Origin: Podarcis erhardii
Lineage: Eukaryota
Direction: 5' to 3' (one strand)
Length of the DNA stretch: 64,000 nt
Assembly (NCBI GenBank): GCA_964252035.1
Contig: OZ176207.1
Part shown: positions 23,734 through 35,445 of the stretch, piece by piece
Layout of the letters: the number at the start of each line of letters is the position of its first letter
Numbering within the stretch: the first letter of the stretch is position 1
Position numbers and translations under genes: made by a program
The notes under the pieces: generated by a model
The model's input: the letters and a program-made list of their open reading frames with translations, nothing else
The model's database searches: none
Told to the model about the DNA's origin: nothing

Positions 23734-25497
23734 TTAGTCTGGCTCATAGCAAGCATCAAAGCTGCATTAGAAAGCAGGAAGAAAAGCCCCCCTCCCTCCT
23801 CAACTTATCCTCCTCCCCCCAGAGTAGCATTCAACTAATTCAGAGTAAACCTGTTGAAATTTATGGACATAACTTGGTCATATTCATTATTTCAATTGGT
23901 CTGTACTAATAACATTGAGTTGAATAGCACACATTATATATACATGTATACATTCTACACCGTACGCTGCTGCATACTGGGATGGGAAGGGATGAGATTG
24001 GTGCATTGCCAATGCCCTGAGCACTAGGAGGAGAGAGGAGAATCTAGCTATATCAATGGTACTAGTGGATGGCATGGTGGGCTGCACCACTCCCCTGACC
24101 TCCTTCCAGTTGAGTCAGTGCTATATATTGGGAGGCAGGGGTGCCAACTTGAATAAGATTTTTTTTGGGGGGGGGCAGGTAAGCCCCAGCCTGCATAATC
24201 AATCACAAGATGTGGTGCACACATACCATTTGAATGGTAATGCCCATCAACATCATTGGGGTGGCTGAAGGGGTGAGGTTGTGTGGCTTCTTATAGCACG
24301 TTTGCACCACACAACTTCACCACCGCCTCGCCCCTCTTCCTCCCAGCATAGGAGCCAGTTCCTGGGGGCCGAGGTCCCTTCGGTCACCCCAATAAAGTTG
24401 ATGGGCATTACCATTCTATTGATATTCCATTAATGAGGTTAACAGTTACACATTGATCTTGCAAGGAAGCTAAGCAGATTTAAATGTCTCCATTGATAGA
24501 TCTGACATTGTTCTTGGCTAGCCAGCTAAGTTAAAAATGAGGAAGGAAAAAGGAAAATAAAAAGCAGAAATACCTTGGTAATATATCTCAAGTGATCTAT
24601 ATGTATTTTCTTTGCCTTTAAATAGTTTGTGTTATTTTGAATTTTCCTCACACTGGCAAACCATTATTATTATTTATTTAGAGCATTTGTACCCAGCTCT
24701 TCAACAAAAAAAGGCTCCCATAGCAGCTTACATACAATCAATTAAAAAGAAGACAGTCCAGACTTACAATCCAACCCCCCCCCCCCCCCACACACAATAC
24801 CCAAGGGGAAAGAGACTGGGAAGAAAAGGAATATTATGAGTGTAGCTTAATTTTCCAACTGTAAAATCAGTGTTCATTTTCGTGTATTCATTATCCACCA
24901 GGTGTGACTTTAAAAACACAGAATCCGAATGCAGTGTCTCTTTAAAAGAACAGAATAAAGTGAAACAGCATCTCATAAGTTTAAACATAGGCTTGGCTTT
25001 TAGTAAGTAGATTGGCATGGCTTGTATTCTAACTGCCATGCAGATGGTATCATCAATTTGCTGAAATGGTGGTGGAAGAGTTCAGTTGTTTTAGCTGCCA
25101 GTGCTGAATTTCAGGCTCTCAGCGGCTGATAGCAGGTTGTCATTTCATGCTTTGCAGTTTTGTTCTAAGCTGCAATTCTGTATATTGTTTCAGTGACTGA
25201 GTTTATTCTGTCTTCCAGAAAGTGTTCTGTATGCATATAAAATGCATCTTGTTAGAAATTGGACAACACTTCATGCATTGGATAAGAAAATTCTAACATG
25301 AATGATTTCAAAAGTTATAAAGATACGATATGAAACTCCTTCCTGAGTCTAGTTTTCCCAGATGCTACATTTAGAGTGCTGGATACAAGATGGTAATAAT
25401 TGCCCCCAAAGAGAAAGGTTTATATCAGTAGGTACTGCAGTAAGACGTGCAAGGCAATTATTTCTTTTGTGTATACAAACTAAAGTCCTCTAGGTTT

Positions 25498-25626
25498 GTA
25501 GAGCATGAGACTCTTAATCTCAAGGTTGCGAGTTCTAGCTCAGGTTGGGCAAACATTTCCTGCATTGCAGGGGGTTGGACCAGATGACCCTCAAGGTCCC
25601 TTCCAACTCTACAATTCTATGAGTCT
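25498..25626 (+). mobile_element. tRNA-Lys-derived SINE with CR1-like tail, 5'-clipped
   Basis: gtagagcatgagactcttaatctc...ggttggaccagatgaccctc...ttccaactctacaattctatgagtct. Same family as 7234-7377. Confidence 0.8.
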
Positions 25627-26176
25627 GTGTTGCTGAATCACAACTCTCATCATCTCTGGCCATTGGCCATGCTTGCTAGGGTTGATAGAAGTCATACGTC
25701 AGCAACATCTGGAGAGCCAAAGGTTCCCAACTCCTACTGTAAACGATTAGAGTTTGTAAATGTTTGCATGGTTCTGTTGCAGCAAAATGGTCAAGATCCA
25801 TGTTTTCAGTTTTGATATTACTTCTATTGATGCGGCCAAGTGGAGTAGCAGTGATGCTCGTGCATAGCTGGCTGCAGACTCCATGTGGCACAAACCACAT
25901 CAGCTATAGGGTGGGCTCAATGGGAGGAGGCAAGCAGGAGGCCCTGAGGGAAAGGCGCAGAGGGCTTACATTTCTTCGATTGCCGCAACCAACTGGAGCG
26001 GCGGCGCCAATCGTGCAGAGCCACCGCCTGGACTCTGCACGGCACAAACGGACCACCTTCAGCCTCCCTCCCAGCTGTAGGGCAGGCTGAGTGGGAGGAG
26101 GCAAGCAGACTGCAGAGGCCCCGTGGCTTGCCCCTGCAAGGAGCTGCAACTGCCAGAGCATGTATGGCGGCAAGTA

Positions 26177-26287
26177 CCATATTTATTTATATCTTTAATT
26201 CCTATATTCTATGTATAAGACGACCCACATTTTTAAATTTAAAAAACTGGGGAGAAACCCTCATCTTACACACAGAAAAATACAGTA
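26177..26287. mobile_element. Small Tc1/pogo-type MITE remnant
   Basis: TA-CCATATTT... left end, ...gaaaaatacag-TA right end, internal tataagacga. Confidence 0.4.
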
Positions 26288-28693
26288 TATTGTTCTTCTT
26301 TAAATAATTGCATGCACATGGGAACCTACTTCTTACTTGGAAGGCATTGCTCCTTATAATTATTATAGGGAAAACAAGAAACATTGCTGCACACTATGCA
26401 ATTCAATAAACGCTTAGCTTGGTCCAGAGGGTTTTTGTTAGGAAAATGATGTCCAGACTCTGTACTCAGTATGTTAGTGTTATGAGGGTAACTGAGTTGG
26501 GGACAGTGAGGAAAAGAGCTGTGTATTGGATGAATTCACCACTGTGCTGCACAGAAAGCCAAGTGCTGCATTGTTCTCCTTTCTCTCTGACAGTATTAGA
26601 ACTGTGATATTGTTAGCATCCGTCTGTCTCAAGAGACAGTGGAACACATCTTGCACAGGGAATAGGTTCAGTAGGTAAGACATAGTTTGTGTATAGTCAA
26701 AATTACCTTAAATTGCCCATAATTTGCACTCCCCTTCCGAATGACCTGTTGTTGGGGAGGGGACCCAGAGCTCCAAAGAGTCTCCTGGGTGCAAGAGGCA
26801 GCACCTGCTTTGTCCAGTGGAGGAGAGAGAAGGACTTTCCCTCTGTGTCCTCCAGCCAGTGGCGCCATGGTAAAAGCTGGCGATGGTGTGGAGGCTCCTC
26901 CACGTGTGAGCAACAATTGGAATCCAGGAGAGAACAAAAAACAAGGGAGAGGGAGGCAGAGAGAGCTGAAGGTGAGCAGGTCCCAGTGAGGCAGAAGAAA
27001 AAGGCTGGAACAGATCCTTAAAATTGGCGCATGGGATCCTAATAGAGGGAAGCAAGAACAAGGAAAACAAATATCCTTTGGGGAGCTTGAGGAGGCTGGG
27101 CTGAATTTAGGTTGCAAGAAGGATATGCCACTTCCCATCTTTCTGGGAGCTTACTAGTTTTGGAGAAGACTATTATAAGCTGTGTATCATAATGTAATGC
27201 CGGAAGCAAACGGGTTTCTGGTTCTTTCCATATCTCTAAAATAAGAGATTTTGCTGAGAAACATTATTTGACGTTGTGAGGTGTGGAGCATATGTCATGG
27301 CTTGTGACTGAGGACATTCGGCAGTTGGTCGTTGTAAAGTTAACTCTGGATTGTTTCTGAATGCATTAATGAAATCTATTTATGAGTCACATCATATTGG
27401 AGGCCCTCATTGTAGTGCATGTATTATATTCAGTGATCTCCAAATTCATGTAATTTGTTCTCTCTGCAATGGATTCCTCAATGGTAATATTCTACTCTTG
27501 CCCTTAAGGCTTTTCTAAAAGTAGAATTTTCATTCTACTATAATCAATCAAGCCTCTTGCCATTTCCCCCCGTTATCTCAATCTAGCACAGGTTGAATAT
27601 CAAGTGCAGTATTTTGTATTTTTCATTTAGCTAGGACTACTGGAAAGTCCCGGGCAAAAAACTTGCTTGATTTATCACAGGAAACAAATATACCTATATA
27701 TCAAACTGTCTGCTTATTTCCTTTTTTCTCCTTCTTCAGTGCTATACTAAAATTTGATGGTTGAATTAAAGTGATTCAGTCAGGACTACAGAAGCCTGTT
27801 TCCTAAGTAGGGTGCTACCTGGAACACATTGCATAAATTTGCACAGCACTGTTTTGGCACTGTGTTTTAAAATATGTCTAAATTTGTGCTGACATTGTAA
27901 CATGAGAGGCTCCTTAGCTGAATGCTATAACATTTGCATCTTTTTTCATTTATTTGTACTTCAACTCCAGACATCTTCCTTCCCTTTTGCATTATCATAT
28001 GTATTTGTGCTGTGTAGCTTTTGTACTCATGTGTATTTCAACAAGAAAGTAGTTCTATCCAATACTTTGATTGCCAGAACATCTTTTTGTTTTAATTTAG
28101 GTTTTCCTCTTTTTATATTCTGACAAGACACCTAAAATATGTCTAGCAGAAATAGAACAGACTCAAAAGACCATGCTTCTAAACATTATTTTTCCAATGT
28201 AGATTCTTTCAGTCTTTCTTATGGAAATATAATCTCAACTGAAAAAGCTTGCTTCTTTCAAATTGAATGATGATGATTAGGATTCCTTGCTCACCCTATA
28301 CCATAATGTCCTAGGACAGATTACAACAATATAAAAACACAATATTAAAATCAGTTGACATCATTTATATCAAAACAGTAGGATGAGTCCTAAGAATAAT
28401 AATTTCAGATATTCAAAGGAGGTGTATCTTCAGCATATAATGAAAGCTATGCAATGATAGCACCAGATCCACTTCTTGTGGAAAAGGAATTTCACAACTG
28501 TGGGGTTGCTGCAGAGAATGGCCTCTTCCAGGCTGCCAATCCCTGAATTTCTGAGTGAACATTAGTTTTGCCCCACGATAGAAAGAATGGTGGAAGTATT
28601 TCCATGAGTCCACAGAAGCTACACAGTACATGTTTACTCTGAAGTCATTCCCACTGAGTTTAATGGGACATTTCCAGGTAAGCATGTACTGTA

Positions 28694-28921
28694 CAGTCAT
28701 ACCTCATATTACGGACGCTTCAGGTTACGTGTTTTTGGGTTGCAGACCCTGGGAAACCTGGAAGTACCGGAATGGGTTACTTCCAGGTTTCGCTGCTCGC
28801 ACATGCGAGAAGTGCCAAATCGTGCCAGCACCTGCACAGACGCGGCACTTCAGGATGTGAACACTGTGGGTTGTGGATGTGCCTCCAACACGGATTGCGT
28901 CCTCAACCCGAGGTTCCACTG
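28694..28921. mobile_element. Tigger/pogo-like MITE, 228 bp, TA TSD
   Basis: TA-CAGTCATACCTC...GAGGTTCCACTG-TA. Confidence 0.8.
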
Positions 28922-30178
28922 TATAGGATTTCAACCTTTGTTTTATTCCCCCCCCCCCAAACAACAACATGAATTAGACCTTTTCCGAGAGATGAAGGCG
29001 TAGACCATCTCAGGGCCTGGTCCAGCTGGACTTTCTCTTGGCTACCACAGTTGTCTTCTAACAGCTGTCCTAGGGGAAGGATCCTGATCACATTTATATG
29101 TTGATATTGCTTATTGCATGTGAGTGTGCGGACACACATCGTAAAGTAATTTGCTATTTCCTGTAAGCTGTCTTGAAAGAACTTTTATCCAAAGGCAAGC
29201 TAAAAATAATTGAAATAAATCTGATTTTGGAATTGAGGAAAGATTAAAAAGCAATGTGTGATATGCCATTGCAGCAGGGATGGGGTGCGTAGGAGGGATC
29301 ATCTGTTCAAAGAAGTAAACAGCAAACATTTCACCAGTTTTGTGCAAGCAAAATATTTCTTTCAGTTTGGGCCTGGTTTGAAGAGAAGGATTGACTGATA
29401 TGTCGGTGAGATTGTTGTTTCTTTCAAAAGCATACTATCTTAATGTGACATGTACAAAGCTATGTCAAGTTAACATTCAAAGGCCTCTAATTAAAGAGGG
29501 GGAAGTTGTGTCTAGTTCAGGGTATCAGAGTGTTCAGTGATTGTGCTGCGGGTAAATGGAAGGACTTCTCTGTTCACCTTGGTGTTACTTCCTCCCACTA
29601 GCTAGAAAATATGACTTTTCTACCCAACATCAAGCAGGTTGAGTAGAATAGGCCAGTGGTGGTGAACCGATGGGATGCGTGCCAGAGAGGGCACTCAGGG
29701 CTCTCTCTGTGGGCACACGCACCATCGTCCCAGCAGGGCCTTAGCTTCCATGCCGGGGCTGGGGGAAGAGGAGGGTTCGCACCATCCAAAGCCTGCGGCA
29801 CCAGGGCCTGGGAAACAAGCGAGGGGCTGAGCAGGTATTGGCTTTTGATGTGCCAGGGCCTCCCACCAGTCTGTTTTTCCTACTCAGGAGTAAGCTGCCA
29901 GTTTCTGAATGTGCAGAAGGGTTCACCCAGAATAGTTGGTTTCATTAGTAATCTACAGTCGTTGTTCAGTGAAATGAGGCTTGCAGTCAAAATATTTTTG
30001 CTTTTGCCACAGAACAAATAATCTATGAAATTTATTCAAACAGCTGTAGAGAATAATATTTAAAAATTAGTGCAATGACTATCCCCTGTTTATTTATTTT
30101 TTAATGATCTGCAAATTGTGCATTCCACTGGCAATCTGTTATTTATTTTATTCTCTTGTCACAGGAATATTGTAAGTA

Positions 30179-30410
30179 CAGTGGTACCTCCGGTTACGAA
30201 CTTAATTCGTTCCAGAGGTCCGTTCTTAAGCCGAAACCATTCTTAACATGAGGTAGCACTTTTGCTAATGGCGCCCCGCGCTGGTGGCGCACGACTTTCG
30301 CTCGCATCCCAGGGCAAAGTTCGCAACCAGGAGCATCTACTTCCGGGTTAGTGGAGCTCATAACCCGAAGCGTTTGCAAAGAGGATACTATGTAACATGA
30401 GGTTCCATTG
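30179..30410. mobile_element. Tigger/pogo-like MITE, 232 bp, TA TSD
   Basis: TA-CAGTGGTACCTCCGGTTACGAACTTAATTCGTTCC...GAGGTTCCATTG-TA. Confidence 0.85.
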
Positions 30411-31418
30411 TAGCTTTCACCAATTCAAAATACTGTTAAATCTAGCTACAGACTCAAGAGCTGCATGCACTTGTTGTGCTTTTGCCCTTGTTTTCAAGTG
30501 CCAAATATTAGCATATCCAAGCCTGAACTTTTGAAAGGGTTTCTCAGTGTGACGTCTGCTGCATTCACATGCATGAATTTACTAGACAATATTTGATTGA
30601 AAGGGCAGATATCTGAAAAATAATGAAAATTTCTTAAAGGTTGTCCAGATACGATGAAGCTGACACTTCAGCCACTTTTTATAATACAAGTCAATGAACT
30701 GATAAAATATGCCTCAGACTTTATTATTTTTTATTTATATCTCTTCTGGTATAGTGCTGTAAATATATCTATGCTATTCGTGATGTTCTCTCAGAACGCT
30801 ACAGTTGCCATAGTTTACCTATTCACGTATGAAATTAAAAGCCTTGCTAATAAAAATAGAATAAATTTTGTACATTTGATTTGACACGTGTTCTGCTTTA
30901 TAGCTGTTGGAGTTTTAATCTTCTGTCGGCTGAAAAGATTATCTGTAGAAGGGTAGAAAACATGCCTAAACTGAGGTCTCTTTCTCTCTTTAATAAGATG
31001 TAGGGGAACATGCAAAAATAGCTTTCTAACTGAGCCCATCCCCACTCTCTCCTGGCTGACTTGGAGATGGGTGGTTATAAACTGAAGTAGATTGAGGCCA
31101 GTGCAAATTTCAGCAGTGCCCTTGGCGACATCAAAATTTGGCGCCTCTCATCTTCCAGCTTACATCATAGTTGTGGCACCCCCTGCAGTGCCCCCAAGGC
31201 TCCACATCCAGTTTCCTAAATCCACCTCTGGTGCTGGTTCATGGCTGAGACTGCAGAATAGACTCTGCGAAGGTGCCTTTTATCCCACTGGTGCCTTTGC
31301 ACAGCTCAGTCAGTCTTGCCTCCACCAGTGTGATTCCCCAAGCAGCCCTCCTTACCCCCATCCCACATCATTCATGAGGCTCTTCCAACCTTCATGCCCC
31401 AAACAGGAAAAGAGATGG

Positions 31419-32680
31419 TAAGGGCACAATGAACTGCACCAAAGGGTACTAAAGGAGCTTGTGGATGTAACCTCAGAGCCTCAGAGAGTCCTTGGAGAAC
31501 AGGTGAGGTCTCTGCAGCCTGGAGGTGGGCAAATGTTGTCCCTATCTTCAAAAGGTGGGGGAGAAGACGCAGGCAACTACCAACTGATAAGCTTGGCATC
31601 AATACCAGGAAAGGTCCTAGAACAGAAAATTAAACAGTCAGTCTATGAGCACTTAGAAAAGGATTACTAAGACCCAGCATGGGTTTCTCGACAACAAGCC
31701 ATGCCAGACTAATCTCCTTATTTCGTTGATAGAGTTACAAGCTTGATGGATCAGGGGAATGCTGTGGACATAGTATATCCTGATTTCAGTAAGGCTTTTT
31801 ACAAAGTGCTCCATTATATTCTTGTGGAGAAGCTGGTAAAATGTGGACAGGATGAGGTAACTGTTAGGTGGTGATAAAGAAAAATAGGGGTAGTTGGCTT
31901 TTGCTGCCGACCTCCCCTGAGTCTCCTAAGTCCATGATCGGTCAGAGATGAATTGATGGAGACAGGATGCAGTGAAAGCAAGGCAAATCTTTATTTTTCT
32001 GCTGCAACAGAGTTCCCTTCCCTCCTAGCAAGGAGGCAAGAGAAGAAACATCTATTTTAAGGGTTTGCATTTTGGCGCAGAGAAGGACATCCCCTCTATA
32101 AACAGTAAGAAATTACATCACACATAAGGTGGGGTTACTGTGGCTCAGGCAGGCCAAGGTGTGATATTCCTGAGGATTTAGCAAGTTTACATAGTTCCAG
32201 ACACAATTTACACAAAACATTAGCATTTGATAAGACAGTCAGGATGCCCATCAGACATCCCTCAATGCAGAGCATCTGGGCAAACAATGACAATTAATAC
32301 AAAGGAGGCTCATAGATATAGGAGAGGAATCCCTTCAGGAACTTCCCCTGACTGCTATCTGCCTACGTGTTCTCAGGCAAGGGGGATTAAGGAGACAGGA
32401 AATATTAAGAGTCTTTAGGAGAGCCAAGATGGCTTTTGGATTGCTATCCTATACTATTTTAGACATGTGGTTTATATACTTATGTAAGTGTGTTTACCTT
32501 GTGCAATTATCAACATTTATTCTATATTTGAGACCTAGAATTCCTATAACAGTGGTTCAGCTGACTGGACAACCAAAGAGTGCTCACTAACCGTTCCTTG
32601 TCATTGGATGCGAGTGCTATTTTAGGCTGCATCAACAGAAGTATAGTGGTCAAGTGAAGAAATAGTACTATTACATTGCT
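31419..32680 (+). mobile_element. CR1 LINE reverse-transcriptase fragment (pseudogenised), interrupted by a solo LTR
   Basis: GNYQLISLASIPGKVLEQKIKQSVYEHLE and DIVYPDFSKAFYKV are CR1 RT motifs. CR1 sequence resumes at 32552 and then appears to jump to aggctgcatcaacagaagtatag, implying an internal deletion. Confidence 0.88.
31872..32551 (-). mobile_element. Solo LTR, 680 bp, 4-bp TSD
   Basis: TG...CA termini (TGATAAAG versus TGTTATAG on the opposite end), GTGG duplicated at 31868-31871 and 32552-32555, and AATAAA on the minus strand at 31990-31995. Confidence 0.85.
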
Positions 32681-35374
32681 ATTACTATTATTATTATTCT
32701 CCTCGTCTCCATATTTTGAGAGCTTGTGAAGATGATGGATAATTGTATATAGGCTAGGGTACGGTATATCTTAAGGAGGATTGTCTCCTCCCATCAAATC
32801 AGCTGAACAGGTTCTCCTTTGGGTCCTTGCTATATCCAAAGCACAGTTGGTGAGAGCCTTTTAGGTGACAGTACTCCAACTGTCGAACTCTGTCCCAAAA
32901 AAGCCATCTGGCACTCACTCTAATGATATTTTTTATTTGTCATTGGTTAAAGTTTTATCAATTCCAAAATCAATTTGTAGTTTGTATGGCTGATGTCCCT
33001 AATATTTGGAAGATGAAGGAGAAAACAAACTCCACATGTTCTGGCCTTAAACTTTTCTGTGGAACTTTTATTTTTGCTTCCTCTTCTATTCAGAATGCTC
33101 CAAACTTTTTTATTATAGATGTCAGACTTCTGACACTCTTAATTCTGTTATAGAATCCAGGGCATTGCCTTCCATGACTGAAGTGCTCCTTTTGCCCACC
33201 AAAGACTTTGAATCCACAAAACTGGTGAAAGAGACAAGGCAATCCTTGTTGATTTGGACCCCCTTCTCCTCCTGCAACCCCTAGCACCACCTCTCACTTT
33301 TCCAGAGGGATCCCCGCCCAAGTCCCAGCACAGTGTAAGAGGTGGTGCTGGAGGCATCAGGGGCAGAGAAGAATTAGCAAAAAAACCTCTACGTGCGAGA
33401 TCATCCTCTAAGTGGTACTCTTAGTTTACTAAAATTAATAACTATATGGCATTCATATTTAAAGCTGCTTTTATTGTCCAGAATCATATGTTTGGATACG
33501 TGTATTTGTTTGTATTGCTGCTTCTTTGTACTGAAATTGCATTTATTATTCCCCTCTTCTTTCAATTTCGCAAGCTTAGAAAAAGTTCCACATGAGTATA
33601 TACAGACTTATACTTGCCATCTGTTTGTTAAATAATCTGAGCACAAGAGAGACTTGAATCTCTATACTTTGTCTGCATTAGAAAACAAAAGCAGTCATCT
33701 AAATACAAGCATTATTGTTTCCCCTAAGATGCTTGCTCCTTTCTGTTACATTTTTTCCGCTAAAATGAAGACAAAAGAAATGTCAGTGCTCAGGAAGATT
33801 TTGTGTCAGTATGTGGTAGGGGCATGAATTGAAAAGGATCAGTGAATCAGATGTAATTTGGGTTATGTTTGAGATACCAAATCTGTGTTTTGCTGACGGC
33901 CACTATTCCTTTTTCTCCTCCCCGAAAAGCTGCATAGGCATTTCTATCAAACAGAAAGAACTTTATCCCTGTTTTCTTTCTGGCATGCCTATGATGACTT
34001 TGTTCAATGAGCAAAGAGGATTATGGGAAGTGGAACTAGGTGGGTTGTTTGAGTAAAGATGTGTAAATGACTTTCATTGTGGATATGAGGACTGAACATT
34101 CTTAGGATAGTATTTTTCCCTTTCAGGTAGCTTTTAAAAATAGTCCATTTATCTTAATCTAATTAGCTCAGGTGGGGAGGGAGACACATAGAATCTAAAA
34201 TGTCATTTTAAAAAGTGGCTGCAAGTCATGGTATAACATCAAGATTCCACATTTTTTATCGTCACAAAAAGAAAAGAAATTCTTGAAAATGCACTTTTGA
34301 AAAATAAAACTACAGATTTTAACTTTTTCCCTCCTGTACAAATACCTAGATACTGCAGCTCAGGGATATCAAGCCTTTTTGGACTAATGGGCAGATTTTG
34401 AAACTTGCTTCCTTGGAGCAGGAGTGGCGTAACATATAATGGCTGCCGTGGGTAGTGGTATAACACAAAATGGTTGCCATGAGGAGCGTCGCATCACACA
34501 AAATTAGAGAGACAACCACCCACAAAAACTCTATGCTTATATTCCCTGCTAGTTCTAATTATCAACATCTCTCTCCCTGTACCTCCCCCCTCCCTCTCAC
34601 ACTGTTCCTATCTAATAAAAACAGGTAGCATTCCTCAGTTACCAGCAAAATATAGAAAGTAACCACACCACTCTCATGTCATATAAATCACTTAGAAGGT
34701 ACCTGCACATTTTGCCACATAACTTTCTTTCTAAGATGGCTACAGACTTTACTTTTTGAAAAAATGATAGCTCAAAGTCTGGGGCACCTGCCCAGGGGCA
34801 CCCCTAGAATTCCTCACTGGCACCATGACATCCACAGGTGCTGAGTTATCAACCCCTGCCCTAGCTGATTGAAAGAGTGCATTTATTCCCATCTACTGAT
34901 TTTATTTCACTTTAAAAACAAACTTAACCTGTGTATTGCATTACTGTATCAATCTTTAAACATCCGTTACAGTGCAATCTCTTTAGGAAAATGTCACAAA
35001 ACTGTAGTAACATGATTTGTGAAATTGATCTAACTTATCATTGACATTTTGCCATAAGAAATTATGCCAAATTTGAAAAATTGGGGCAAAGGTTTCCCGA
35101 GTGTATCAAAATATGCAGTAATTCTAAACTAAATAGTAGTTCATGTCTTTCAACTTTTGATTTGCCCAATGGAGATTTTTTTATATATATAATCCCGTTT
35201 ACCGGGGGGGGGGGGATTATTTAATCTGTATTCTCAGAAAAATATTTCTTTATTGGCTAAATTCTCAGAACCACATTTGAAATAGTTGCATCAAACAATT
35301 ATTAGTGCTAGGAGGCCAAAATAACCAGTACATTAGTTGTTATATATGCTCACATGCTCACATGCATACCATAC

Positions 35375-35445
35375 ATTTCATAGAATTGTAAAGTTGGAAT
35401 CTTTACTCAAAGGATCATCTAGTCCAACTCCCTTCAATGCAGGAA
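35375..35445 (-). mobile_element. CR1/SINE 3' tail fragment
   Basis: catagaattgtaaagttggaa...ggatcatctagtccaactcccttcaatgcaggaa is the reverse complement of the tail at 7310-7377. Confidence 0.7.
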
